Shown: positions 16,977-24,335 of the stretch, piece after piece
How the letters are laid out: every line of letters starts with the position of its first letter
Position numbering within the stretch: the first letter of the stretch is position 1
NCBI GenBank assembly: GCA_045627785.1
Contig: JAZQOF010000004.1
Coordinates: forward strand, 53,948-117,947
Origin: Bacteroidales bacterium
Lineage (GTDB): Bacteria; Bacteroidota; Bacteroidia; Bacteroidales; UBA3663
Direction of reading: 5' to 3'
DNA length: 64,000 bases
Program-made: the position numbers and the translations under genes
The notes under the pieces: model-generated
What the model saw: the letters and a program-made list of their open reading frames with translations, nothing else
What the model was told of the DNA's origin: nothing
Databases searched by the model: none

Positions 16977-17858
16977 ATGTCAATCGAAGAGGTAGCGAGG
17001 AGAATTGAGAATGACCTGAAATGTCAACTCGACGGATGTGGAATCATGTTTCGCATGTTTTCGCGTGTCAAAACACCATTCTCTCTTGCGCATAAGATGA
17101 GTCTCAAAGGCGATAAGTATCGTAGCGGAAATGCAAAGATACAGGACGTCATTGGTTTACGAATCGTTGTATATTTCCCAGATGATGTCGAGATTGCCGA
17201 ATTGCTGGTTAATAAAAGCCCTGTTCTTGACAGATCTATCGATGATCCTGATTCCTGCACCTTTAAGCCTCAGCGATTGAATATTACCTGTCGAATACCT
17301 GAAGAGTATATCGACGATTTCCGTGCAGGACTACCTGAAGAGTTTGCGCCTTACATCGATGAGTCATATGAGGTTCAAATCAGAACGATTTTCTCGGAAG
17401 GATGGCATGAAGTTGAACATGATCTTCGATACAAATGTAAGGAAGATTGGGTCGGTTACGAAAACTATTCGCGCACATTAAATGGAGTGATTGCTACTCT
17501 TGAAACTGCCGAATGGAGCATGACTTCACTCTTCAAGCAAATGGCTTATGATAATTATTGCAATGGTAATTATTCTGCTATGCTTCGAAATCATCTTCGC
17601 ATTCGTATCAAAGGGAAAGGTCTTTCTCCAAAACTCTGCGAGTTCCTCAGAAATCATACAGATGTAGCTTTTTCTGTATATAATATGGATCGAATGGTTT
17701 TCTTGTTCAGCGTACTGCTTCATAAGAGCCGGATTACATTAGATTACGACACGGCATTGTTCTTGATCAACCGAATGGAAATACAGAATATGGATCTGAT
17801 GGCTCTTGAAGATGAAGAGACGAAAGATAAGATCGGTAGATATCTGAGAAACGAATAA
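16977..17858 (+). CDS. Stand-alone RelA/SpoT-domain protein (small alarmone synthetase-like nucleotide pyrophosphokinase fold)
   Basis: Synthetase-domain motifs RVKTPFSLAHKM, QDVIGLRIVVYF and YEVQIRTIFSEGWHEVEHDLRYK. No HD hydrolase, TGS or ACT region. About 110 aa of uncharacterised C-terminal extension. Confidence 0.75.
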   Translation: MSIEEVARRIENDLKCQLDGCGIMFRMFSRVKTPFSLAHKMSLKGDKYRSGNAKIQDVIGLRIVVYFPDDVEIAELLVNKSPVLDRSIDDPDSCTFKPQRLNITCRIPEEYIDDFRAGLPEEFAPYIDESYEVQIRTIFSEGWHEVEHDLRYKCKEDWVGYENYSRTLNGVIATLETAEWSMTSLFKQMAYDNYCNGNYSAMLRNHLRIRIKGKGLSPKLCEFLRNHTDVAFSVYNMDRMVFLFSVLLHKSRITLDYDTALFLINRMEIQNMDLMALEDEETKDKIGRYLRNE

Positions 17859-17920
17859 TTGGTACATTATTTATTTAAACCAATTATCAATTATAAATTA
17901 TCAATTATCATATAATTCTT

Positions 17921-18790
17921 ATGAACCGTTTAATCTCTTTTTTACTATTATTGTTTGTAGTTAATGAAGGGTTTGCACAATTCCCAGGATGGAAAATGCC
18001 AAAACGAGAAAAGAAAATTTATAGTCTTTCGGTAGGAAATCTCAAGATGGATATCGATGCAAACTGTGGAGGAAGAATTGTATCCCTTAAACATGATACA
18101 ACAGAGATAATCTCACAGATAGAGTTCCCAAATATGTTCGGAAGTACTTTCTGGACAAGTCCTCAGAAAGAATGGAATTGGCCTCCTGTTAAAGAACATG
18201 ATACAATGCCTTATACAGTGGAGGAGAAGGATGGAGGTCTTGTAATGACAAGTGAGTTGTCAGAGAAATTTCCAATCCGTATTGTTAAGACTTTCAAGAC
18301 AGAACCTTCTGATAATTCTTTCGTTGTCACTTATACAATGATTAATGAATCAGATACAGAAAGAAAAGTAGCACCTTGGGAGATTACACGAGTATTAAGT
18401 CAAGGATCTGTTTTCTTCGATGCTCCTGTTGAAGGAATCTGGCCTTCTGGACTTATGCCTTTCGAAAATAAGAATGGATATGCTTGGTTTGATATCAATC
18501 ATGATGAGACTCAAAACCGTAAGACTAATTCTGACGGTAAAGGTTGGCTCGCATATATTGACAAAGGACTTCTTCTCGTTAAGCGATTCAATGATCTGAC
18601 TCCAGAACAGCCTGCTCCAGGCGAAGCTGAAATTCAGGTTTATGTTCACCAAGGAAATGTCTATGTCGAACTTGAAAGTCAAGGCGAATACGTAACCCTT
18701 AAACCGGGTGAAAAGAGTGATTGGACCGTAAGATGGTATCTTGTTCCATTTACAGGTTTTGAAGACTTGAATAAGATCTTAAATCAATAA
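17921..18790 (+). CDS. Secreted hypothetical protein (possibly DUF4380/aldose-epimerase-like beta-sandwich)
   Basis: 289 aa with a signal peptide (LLLLFVVNEGFAQ). The GGRIVSL block is reminiscent of DUF4380; the family call is tentative. Confidence 0.5.
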   Translation: MNRLISFLLLLFVVNEGFAQFPGWKMPKREKKIYSLSVGNLKMDIDANCGGRIVSLKHDTTEIISQIEFPNMFGSTFWTSPQKEWNWPPVKEHDTMPYTVEEKDGGLVMTSELSEKFPIRIVKTFKTEPSDNSFVVTYTMINESDTERKVAPWEITRVLSQGSVFFDAPVEGIWPSGLMPFENKNGYAWFDINHDETQNRKTNSDGKGWLAYIDKGLLLVKRFNDLTPEQPAPGEAEIQVYVHQGNVYVELESQGEYVTLKPGEKSDWTVRWYLVPFTGFEDLNKILNQ

Positions 18791-18890
18791 TATTGGAATG
18801 TAGAGAATATATTTTTGCATGTTTTGCAATAAAATTACATTCCGTGCAAAAATATATTCTTCATTACAGATACATTTAATATAATATTTG

Positions 18891-18898
18891 TATATTTG
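18891..18898 (+). promoter_or_regulatory. -7 promoter box TATATTTG upstream of the tRNA pair
   Basis: Exact TAnnTTTG match 20 nt upstream of the tRNA-Thr 5' end. Confidence 0.5.
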
Positions 18899-18918
18899 CA
18901 CCGCAAAAAACGAAACAA

Positions 18919-18992
18919 GCCTCTTTAGCTCAGTTGGCCAGAGCACGTGATTTGTAATCTCGGGGTCGTTGGTTCGAATCCGACAAGAGGCT
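18919..18992 (+). tRNA. tRNA-Thr (anticodon UGU)
   Basis: Folded by hand. Acceptor GCCTCTT/AAGAGGC, D arm GCTC..GAGC, anticodon loop TTTGTAA and T arm GTTGG-TTCGAAT-CCGAC. One T:T mismatch in the anticodon stem. Confidence 0.9.
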
Positions 18993-19020
18993 CAAAGATG
19001 GAGTTAATCTATTTTTTGAT

Positions 19021-19092
19021 GGTCCATTCGTCTATCGGTTAGGACGAGAGATTTTCATTCTCTAAAGAGCAGTTCGACTCTGCTATGGACTA
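19021..19092 (+). tRNA. tRNA-Glu (anticodon UUC)
   Basis: Folded by hand. Acceptor GGTCCAT/ATGGACT (one G:U pair), D arm GTCT..GGAC, anticodon stem AGAGA/TCTCT with loop TTTTCAT, and T arm AGCAG-TTCGACT-CTGCT. Confidence 0.9.
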
Positions 19093-19100
19093 CAGAATCG

Positions 19101-19128
19101 ACTCAAACTTAGGTTTGGGTCTTTTTTG
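19101..19128 (+). terminator. Rho-independent terminator after the tRNA pair
   Basis: Stem ACTCAAAC / GTTTGGGT (one G:U pair), loop TTAG, followed by CTTTTTTG. Confidence 0.6.
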
Positions 19129-19154
19129 TATAAGTACAAGAATTTTTGTTGTAT

Positions 19155-19255
19155 ACATTATGGTGAACCTGAAAAAGGTTTGAAAGTGGAAATCCGGTGA
19201 GATTCTGGAGCTGTGCCCGCAACTGTGATTAAGTCAGAATACCCGCCATAATAAA
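19155..19255 (+). promoter_or_regulatory. Cobalamin (B12) riboswitch aptamer
   Basis: Conserved core GGAAATCCGGTGAGATTCTGGAGCTGTGCCCGCAACTGT and a B12-box-like AAGTCAGAATACCCGCC (19231-19247). P1 pairing TTATGG (19158-19163) with CCATAA (19246-19251). Lies directly upstream of a TonB-dependent receptor gene. Confidence 0.85.
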
Positions 19256-19288
19256 GTTTTAACTACAAGTCTCGGGGGCAAGGTTTGT

Positions 19289-21247
19289 TTGAAACGAACG
19301 ATGAGAAGAATATTGCTATGCGTATTGCTTCATGCTTTCGCATTTGTTTTGTGTGCTGAAGATTTGCACATAGATACTTTACGAACAAAACAATTACAAG
19401 AGGTTTCTGTCGATCGACCTTTTGAATCTTATCATTCACAAATTACTACTTCAACTCCTTTGTTTGTCCTATCGTCCGAAGATTTTAGTTCTCTCGGATT
19501 ACAGGATATTGCTCAAGCATTAAAGATTGCCAATGGCGTCTCGGTAAAAGATTATGGTGGAATGGGTGGAATGAAGACCGTTTCTGTCAGAAATCTTGGC
19601 GCAGAACATACGGGTGTTGTCTATGATGGCGTACCTGTAAGTAATTGCCAGGCTGGACAGATCGACATTTCAAGATTCTCGACCGATAATCTTCAATCAA
19701 TTCGAATGGGAATTGGCTCTCCAATAGATATGCTTTCTCCTGCGTCAATTGAGCCTTTTAGTGGAAATCTTTTGTTGCAGACTGATCCTCAATCACCTTC
19801 ATATATTAAGGCTTCGTATGGTTCGTTTAATACGGTTAAAGCTACTTCAAAGATTAATGTTTATAATCGGAATGGCTATTCTCTTTATAGTTTGTTGAAC
19901 TATAATCACACGGATGGAGATTATCCTTTTACATTATCCAATGGATCGTTGAAGACACGGGAAAAACGTAAAAATGCTAATATAAATACCTTTAATGCAG
20001 AAGTGAACTTTTCTGCACAGTCTTTTCTTGACACAAAAATCTATTACTTTTACAGTGATCGTCATTTGCCTGGTAATATCACTTTGTATGATGACTGGGC
20101 AAATGAACGATTGTATGACGAGAATTTTTTCGTTCAGAGCAAATTTAATCATAAACTAAAGGAGCCGTTTGAAGTTCAAGGATTGATCAAGTATAATCAT
20201 TCATGGAACAGATATTTCGATGGAAAAGAGTCGGTCGAAAACAGTAAGGTGATGCATAACTATGTCTATAGACAAAATGAAGTATATGCTTCGTTTGGAG
20301 TTAGTTATAAAGTCAAATCTTTACAAGACAAACTTCAGTTTTCTTTAGTCGGCGACGAACTATGGAATACTCTCAAGACGAATATTCCCGAATATGATTC
20401 CAAGTATAGGAATACGACTTATATTACTCTTCGTTCGAAGTTCACTAACGATAGGATTCAAGCGATTACAAGCTTAGTTTATACTCATCTTAATGAGTCG
20501 AACGTGCAATACAGTTTTGATCCGAATGTTTCTCTTAGTTACAAGGTATTCAATCAAAGAGATTTCTTTTTGAGAGCTTCTTGGCGAAAGGCATTTCGTT
20601 TGCCGACATTCAATGATATGTATTATTACAGAATAGGAAATCATGATCTTCGTCCGGAGAAAACAGATGAGATGAATTTTGGTTTCACATATTCGGATAA
20701 CTATTCTTTCGGTGAAGTTTCTTTTACCGCCGACGTTTTCTACAACCGTGTGAAAGATATGATTGTCGCAGTTCCTACGACATTTGCCTGGAAGATGTCG
20801 AACTATGGAAAAGTTAGAATCAAAGGCGTTAATCTGAATGCAGAGTATCATCACAAATCTGTTTTCCTTTCTGTCGGATATAGTTATAATGATGTAAGAA
20901 ATGTGACAAATAAAGAATCTGATTATTATAATTCTCAGGTTCCATATACCTCAAAGCATAGCGGAAATGCAGCTTTGATATGGAAGAATTCTTATGTCGA
21001 TTTCGGTTATAGTATGGATTGGATGGGAGAGAGATATTCATCTTTGATGCACGACAAGAGATATAAGTTAAATGCTTATGTCGATCAGTCTTTGACGCTT
21101 TCTCATTGCTTTAATTACCGTAAATTCGCTATCGAAACTTCACTTTCCTGCAGGAATATTTTCGATCAACAATATGAGATTATACAATTCTACCCAATGC
21201 CGGGCAGACAAATAGAAATGCAAACTAAAATTATATTAAACAAATGA
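19289..21247 (+). CDS. btuB: TonB-dependent outer-membrane receptor, BtuB-like vitamin B12 transporter
   Basis: Plug-domain motifs (VSVRNLG, VVYDGVP), a small ~650-aa barrel size like BtuB, and an upstream cobalamin riboswitch. The ORF-track start is a TTG at 19289; the ATG at 19301 (MRRILLCVLL) is equally plausible. Confidence 0.8.
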   Translation: MKRTMRRILLCVLLHAFAFVLCAEDLHIDTLRTKQLQEVSVDRPFESYHSQITTSTPLFVLSSEDFSSLGLQDIAQALKIANGVSVKDYGGMGGMKTVSVRNLGAEHTGVVYDGVPVSNCQAGQIDISRFSTDNLQSIRMGIGSPIDMLSPASIEPFSGNLLLQTDPQSPSYIKASYGSFNTVKATSKINVYNRNGYSLYSLLNYNHTDGDYPFTLSNGSLKTREKRKNANINTFNAEVNFSAQSFLDTKIYYFYSDRHLPGNITLYDDWANERLYDENFFVQSKFNHKLKEPFEVQGLIKYNHSWNRYFDGKESVENSKVMHNYVYRQNEVYASFGVSYKVKSLQDKLQFSLVGDELWNTLKTNIPEYDSKYRNTTYITLRSKFTNDRIQAITSLVYTHLNESNVQYSFDPNVSLSYKVFNQRDFFLRASWRKAFRLPTFNDMYYYRIGNHDLRPEKTDEMNFGFTYSDNYSFGEVSFTADVFYNRVKDMIVAVPTTFAWKMSNYGKVRIKGVNLNAEYHHKSVFLSVGYSYNDVRNVTNKESDYYNSQVPYTSKHSGNAALIWKNSYVDFGYSMDWMGERYSSLMHDKRYKLNAYVDQSLTLSHCFNYRKFAIETSLSCRNIFDQQYEIIQFYPMPGRQIEMQTKIILNK

Positions 21248-22338
21248 AAAAGAAACTTTTATTGCCATTGATGGCTGTTTTTTGTCTGGCTTCATGTTCA
21301 GACGATGATGTAACAAAAGAACCAGAGTATATTGCTCCTTGGGATATTTATTTCCTCAATGAAGGTTCTTGGGGAATGAACGATGCTTCAATCACTACTT
21401 ACAACGAAACTTCCAAGGTTTATTTCGAAGATCTTTATTATTCTTCAAATGACAAGAAACTTGGCGATGTTGCTCAGGATATTGTCTATGGCGACAATCA
21501 TTGTTTGTATGTTGCAGTTTCAGAGTCAAGATACATTGCCAAGCTTGATGCAAACTGCAAAGAGTTGACAAGATATAAGACTTCCGATACAGAAATGCAG
21601 CCTCGTAGCCTTTTGCTCAAGGACGGATTCCTCTATGCATCTTTCTACGGAACTGAAACTGAAGGTGGTATCGTCGCAAAGATGGATACAGCTACATTGG
21701 CAGTTGTTCAAAGAGTAAGTGTCGGTTCTTATCCAGAGCAGATTGCCGAAATCAATGGCGTGATTGCTGTCTGCAATTCCGGTTATGGTTACGGAAACAC
21801 ACTCAGTATGATTGATGTGAATAGTTTCTCAGTAAAGAAAGAACTTGCTCTTCCTCACATGAATCCTCAGGATATCGTTGTTTGCAACGGTAAGTTCTAT
21901 TGTAATACTACAGAATACGATGAATTCTGGAATTCTGTCAGCAGAATTATTGAAGTTGATCCAGTTAGTTTCGGAACAAAGGAAATTGCTGAAGCTTTCT
22001 ATATGTGTCCAGTTGGAGATCAGTTGCTTATGATTAAGCAATCAACAAACTACTATACAACTCCTTATACATACGAAAATACTTTCTATACTTTCGATTC
22101 AAAGACAGGAAAAGTAACCGAAGGAAAGAAAGACGAAACAGGTACATTCAAGCTTTACGATCGTGGAATTTACGGAATGTTCTGTAGTCCTGACCAAAAG
22201 AAACTCTATGTTTGTGTAAGCAATCAGGAAGGTTCTGCTTATGTCAATAGTGATGTCTTTGTATTTGATTTGAGTGGCAAACAGCTTGATGTTTTCAAGG
22301 CAGGAGTTCTTACAAGTAAGGTTTGTTTTGCGAAATAG
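21244..22338 (+). CDS. Surface lipoprotein, YncE-type beta-propeller; candidate BtuG-like cobalamin-binding protein
   Basis: Lipobox (VFCLASCSDDD), propeller-like repeats (YFLNEGSWGMNDASIT..., LGDVAQDI..., YVAVSESRYIAKLD) and an ATGA start/stop overlap with btuB. The BtuG assignment is inferred from context. Confidence 0.5.
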   Translation: MKKKLLLPLMAVFCLASCSDDDVTKEPEYIAPWDIYFLNEGSWGMNDASITTYNETSKVYFEDLYYSSNDKKLGDVAQDIVYGDNHCLYVAVSESRYIAKLDANCKELTRYKTSDTEMQPRSLLLKDGFLYASFYGTETEGGIVAKMDTATLAVVQRVSVGSYPEQIAEINGVIAVCNSGYGYGNTLSMIDVNSFSVKKELALPHMNPQDIVVCNGKFYCNTTEYDEFWNSVSRIIEVDPVSFGTKEIAEAFYMCPVGDQLLMIKQSTNYYTTPYTYENTFYTFDSKTGKVTEGKKDETGTFKLYDRGIYGMFCSPDQKKLYVCVSNQEGSAYVNSDVFVFDLSGKQLDVFKAGVLTSKVCFAK

Positions 22339-22518
22339 CTCATCTGACTAAGAAGATTAATATAATCTGAACTGCTTTGTTTCATTTTCATGCGTCGATG
22401 GTGCATAATAAAAAATAGAATTGTAATCGGAGCAAGAAGATAAGAACAATATTATAAACTTATTGTTTTTGAAGTAAGAAGATTATAGAAAATCAAATTA
22501 AGAATTATAATAAAAGTG

Positions 22519-22558
22519 CGTCGACATCAACACTTGAAAACAGTTGTTGATGTCGACG
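22519..22558. repeat. Perfect 14-bp inverted repeat with a 12-nt loop
   Basis: CGTCGACATCAACA (22519-22532) and TGTTGATGTCGACG (22545-22558) are exact reverse complements. Lies immediately 5' of the 42-bp repeat array. Confidence 0.9.
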
Positions 22559-22560
22559 TT

Positions 22561-22728
22561 CGTCGATTACATTTCCGGACTTCCGGAAGTCCAATCTTCA
22601 ATCGTCGAAGACATTTCCGGACTTCCGGAAATCAAATCTGCAACCTACGAAGACATTTCCGGAAAGTCGGAAGTCCAATCTGCAACCGTCGAAGACATTT
22701 CCGGAAAGTCGGAAATCAAATCTACGAT
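22561..22728. repeat. Tandem array of four 42-bp repeats (intergenic, REP-like, palindrome-containing)
   Basis: Units at 22561, 22603, 22645 and 22687 share ...CGAAGACATTTCCGG-[ACTTCC|AAAGTC]-GGAA-[GTCCAATCT|ATCAAATCT]. Unit 1 contains the perfect 16-bp palindrome GGACTTCCGGAAGTCC. Confidence 0.9.
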
Positions 22729-22827
22729 TGGGAATTTGTATTTTATAAATACAGACATAAGAAATCCTTTCTTTAACGATAGTTTCAAAAACTTAGACAA
22801 AAGTTTTGCTTTTTTCGATAAAAAAAT

Positions 22828-22835
22828 TATCTTTG
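22828..22835 (+). promoter_or_regulatory. -7 promoter box TATCTTTG upstream of hisA
   Basis: Exact TAnnTTTG match 29 nt upstream of the hisA ATG. Confidence 0.45.
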
Positions 22836-22864
22836 CGCATGTAAAATAGTATTTAGAAATCCTT

Positions 22865-23587
22865 ATGATAGACATTATTCCAGCAATAGATATTATCGAC
22901 GGACAGCTTGTGCGTCTCAAGCAAGGCGATTACAACGAGAAAACTGTGTATAGTCAGAATCCGCTTGAGGTAGCAAAGAAATTCGAGGATGTCGGAATAA
23001 AAAGATTGCATGTAGTAGATTTAGACGGCGCAAAAGCAAAACATATTGTTAATTATAAAACTCTTGAAACTCTCGCCACTAAGACTAATCTTGTGATAGA
23101 TTTCGGTGGAGGAATCAAGAGCGATGAAGATGTAAAGATTGCTTTCGATTCAGGTGCTTCATACATTACTGGCGGATCTATCGCAGTTAATCGACCTCAG
23201 CTTTTCCTTTCTTGGCTTGAGACTTACGGTTCGGACAAGATTATTCTTGGTGCCGATTTGAAAGACGGAAGGATTGCAACTACAGGTTGGACAGAATCGA
23301 GCGATGCAAAATGGCAGAGTTTCATTCAGAGTTATGTCTCAAGAGGTGTGCGAAGAGTGATCTCGACGGATATTTCGAAGGATGGTATGATGGTTGGTCC
23401 GAATATCATGCTTTACAGCGATATGATGGAACAATTCCCAGAACTTCATGTCACAGCTTCCGGTGGTGTAAGTTGCATTTCAGATATCAAGCAGCTCGAC
23501 GAAGCAGGTGTTCCTGCAGTAATCGTTGGTAAGGCAATCTATGAAGGACATATTACTCTTAACGACCTTATAGAATATGCTCGCTAA
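22865..23587 (+). CDS. hisA: ProFAR isomerase HisA: 1-(5-phosphoribosyl)-5-[(5-phosphoribosylamino)methylideneamino]imidazole-4-carboxamide isomerase
   Basis: N-terminal [18 protein letters not shown] and a (beta/alpha)8 HisA pattern. Followed by hisF and hisIE. Confidence 0.93.
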   Translation: MIDIIPAIDIIDGQLVRLKQGDYNEKTVYSQNPLEVAKKFEDVGIKRLHVVDLDGAKAKHIVNYKTLETLATKTNLVIDFGGGIKSDEDVKIAFDSGASYITGGSIAVNRPQLFLSWLETYGSDKIILGADLKDGRIATTGWTESSDAKWQSFIQSYVSRGVRRVISTDISKDGMMVGPNIMLYSDMMEQFPELHVTASGGVSCISDIKQLDEAGVPAVIVGKAIYEGHITLNDLIEYAR

Positions 23588-24335
23588 AAGAATTATTCCT
23601 TGCCTGGATGTCAAAGACGGAAAGACCGTCAAAGGCGTTCAGTTCGTCAACTTCCGAGATGCAGGCGATCCTGTGGAACTCGGCAAGCAATACAGCGAAA
23701 TGGGTGCCGATGAACTTGTTTATCTCGACATCACAGCTTCACACGAAGGTCGTCATACATTCACCGAACTTGTAAAGCGAATCGCTGAGGAAGTGAATAT
23801 TCCTTTTACCGTTGGTGGTGGAATCAGCGAGATTCACGATGTCGAACGACTTCTTTCGGCTGGCGCAGATAAGGTTTCTGTCAATAGTGCAGCCATTCGT
23901 CGTCCTGAACTTATCACCGAGATTGCAAAACGATTCGGATCACAGGAATGTGTCTGTGCCATCGATGCAAGATGTGAAGAAGATGGAACTTGGCGATGCT
24001 ATCTGAATGGAGGTAGAATCCCAACAGAAAGAGGATTGTTTGAATGGGCACACGAAGCTCAGGAAAGAGGCGCAGGTGAGATTCTTTTCACTTCGATGAA
24101 TCATGACGGAGAGAAGAAAGGATTTGCCAACGAAGCTCTTGCAACGTTGCATGCAACGCTTTCGATTCCAGTAATCGCAAGTGGAGGCGCAGGAACAATG
24201 GAACATTTCCGCGACGCATTTACTGTTGGTCATGCTGATGCAGCACTTGCAGCTTCAGTATTCCATTTCAATGAGATCCCAATGAGAGAACTAAAGAACT
24301 ATTTACATAACGAAGGTATTTCAGTCAGATTATGA
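23577..24335 (+). CDS. hisF: Imidazole glycerol phosphate synthase cyclase subunit HisF
   Basis: [27 protein letters not shown] and [10 protein letters not shown] are classic HisF blocks. Confidence 0.95.
   Translation: MLAKRIIPCLDVKDGKTVKGVQFVNFRDAGDPVELGKQYSEMGADELVYLDITASHEGRHTFTELVKRIAEEVNIPFTVGGGISEIHDVERLLSAGADKVSVNSAAIRRPELITEIAKRFGSQECVCAIDARCEEDGTWRCYLNGGRIPTERGLFEWAHEAQERGAGEILFTSMNHDGEKKGFANEALATLHATLSIPVIASGGAGTMEHFRDAFTVGHADAALAASVFHFNEIPMRELKNYLHNEGISVRL

Noticed and set aside
22339-22500. Three copies of AAGAAGAT(T/A)A in the spacer before the hairpin (near 22351, 22435, 22478)
   Set aside because: The motif is a short purine-rich 9-10-mer in very AT-rich DNA, with irregular spacing and no associated structure. 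It is compatible with chance.
22561-22728. Possible CRISPR array
   Set aside because: The units are directly abutting 42-bp repeats with no unique spacers, and no cas genes are in the window.
18919-22864. Integrated mobile element at the tRNA-Thr/tRNA-Glu locus
   Set aside because: No integrase, transposase, excisionase or direct repeat of a tRNA 3' end could be found. The idea that the B12 locus is an insertion is kept only as a weak inference in the findings.
22516-22920. Three overlapping ORF-track entries (22516-22776 +, 22544-22849 +, 22645-22920 -) with repetitive peptides such as RRHFRTSG / RRHFRKVG
   Set aside because: They stay open only because the underlying 42-bp DNA repeat is a multiple of three. 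All three frames/strands are open at once, the peptides merely reiterate the repeat, and the minus-strand ORF runs into the hisA start region. I treat them as non-coding repeat DNA.
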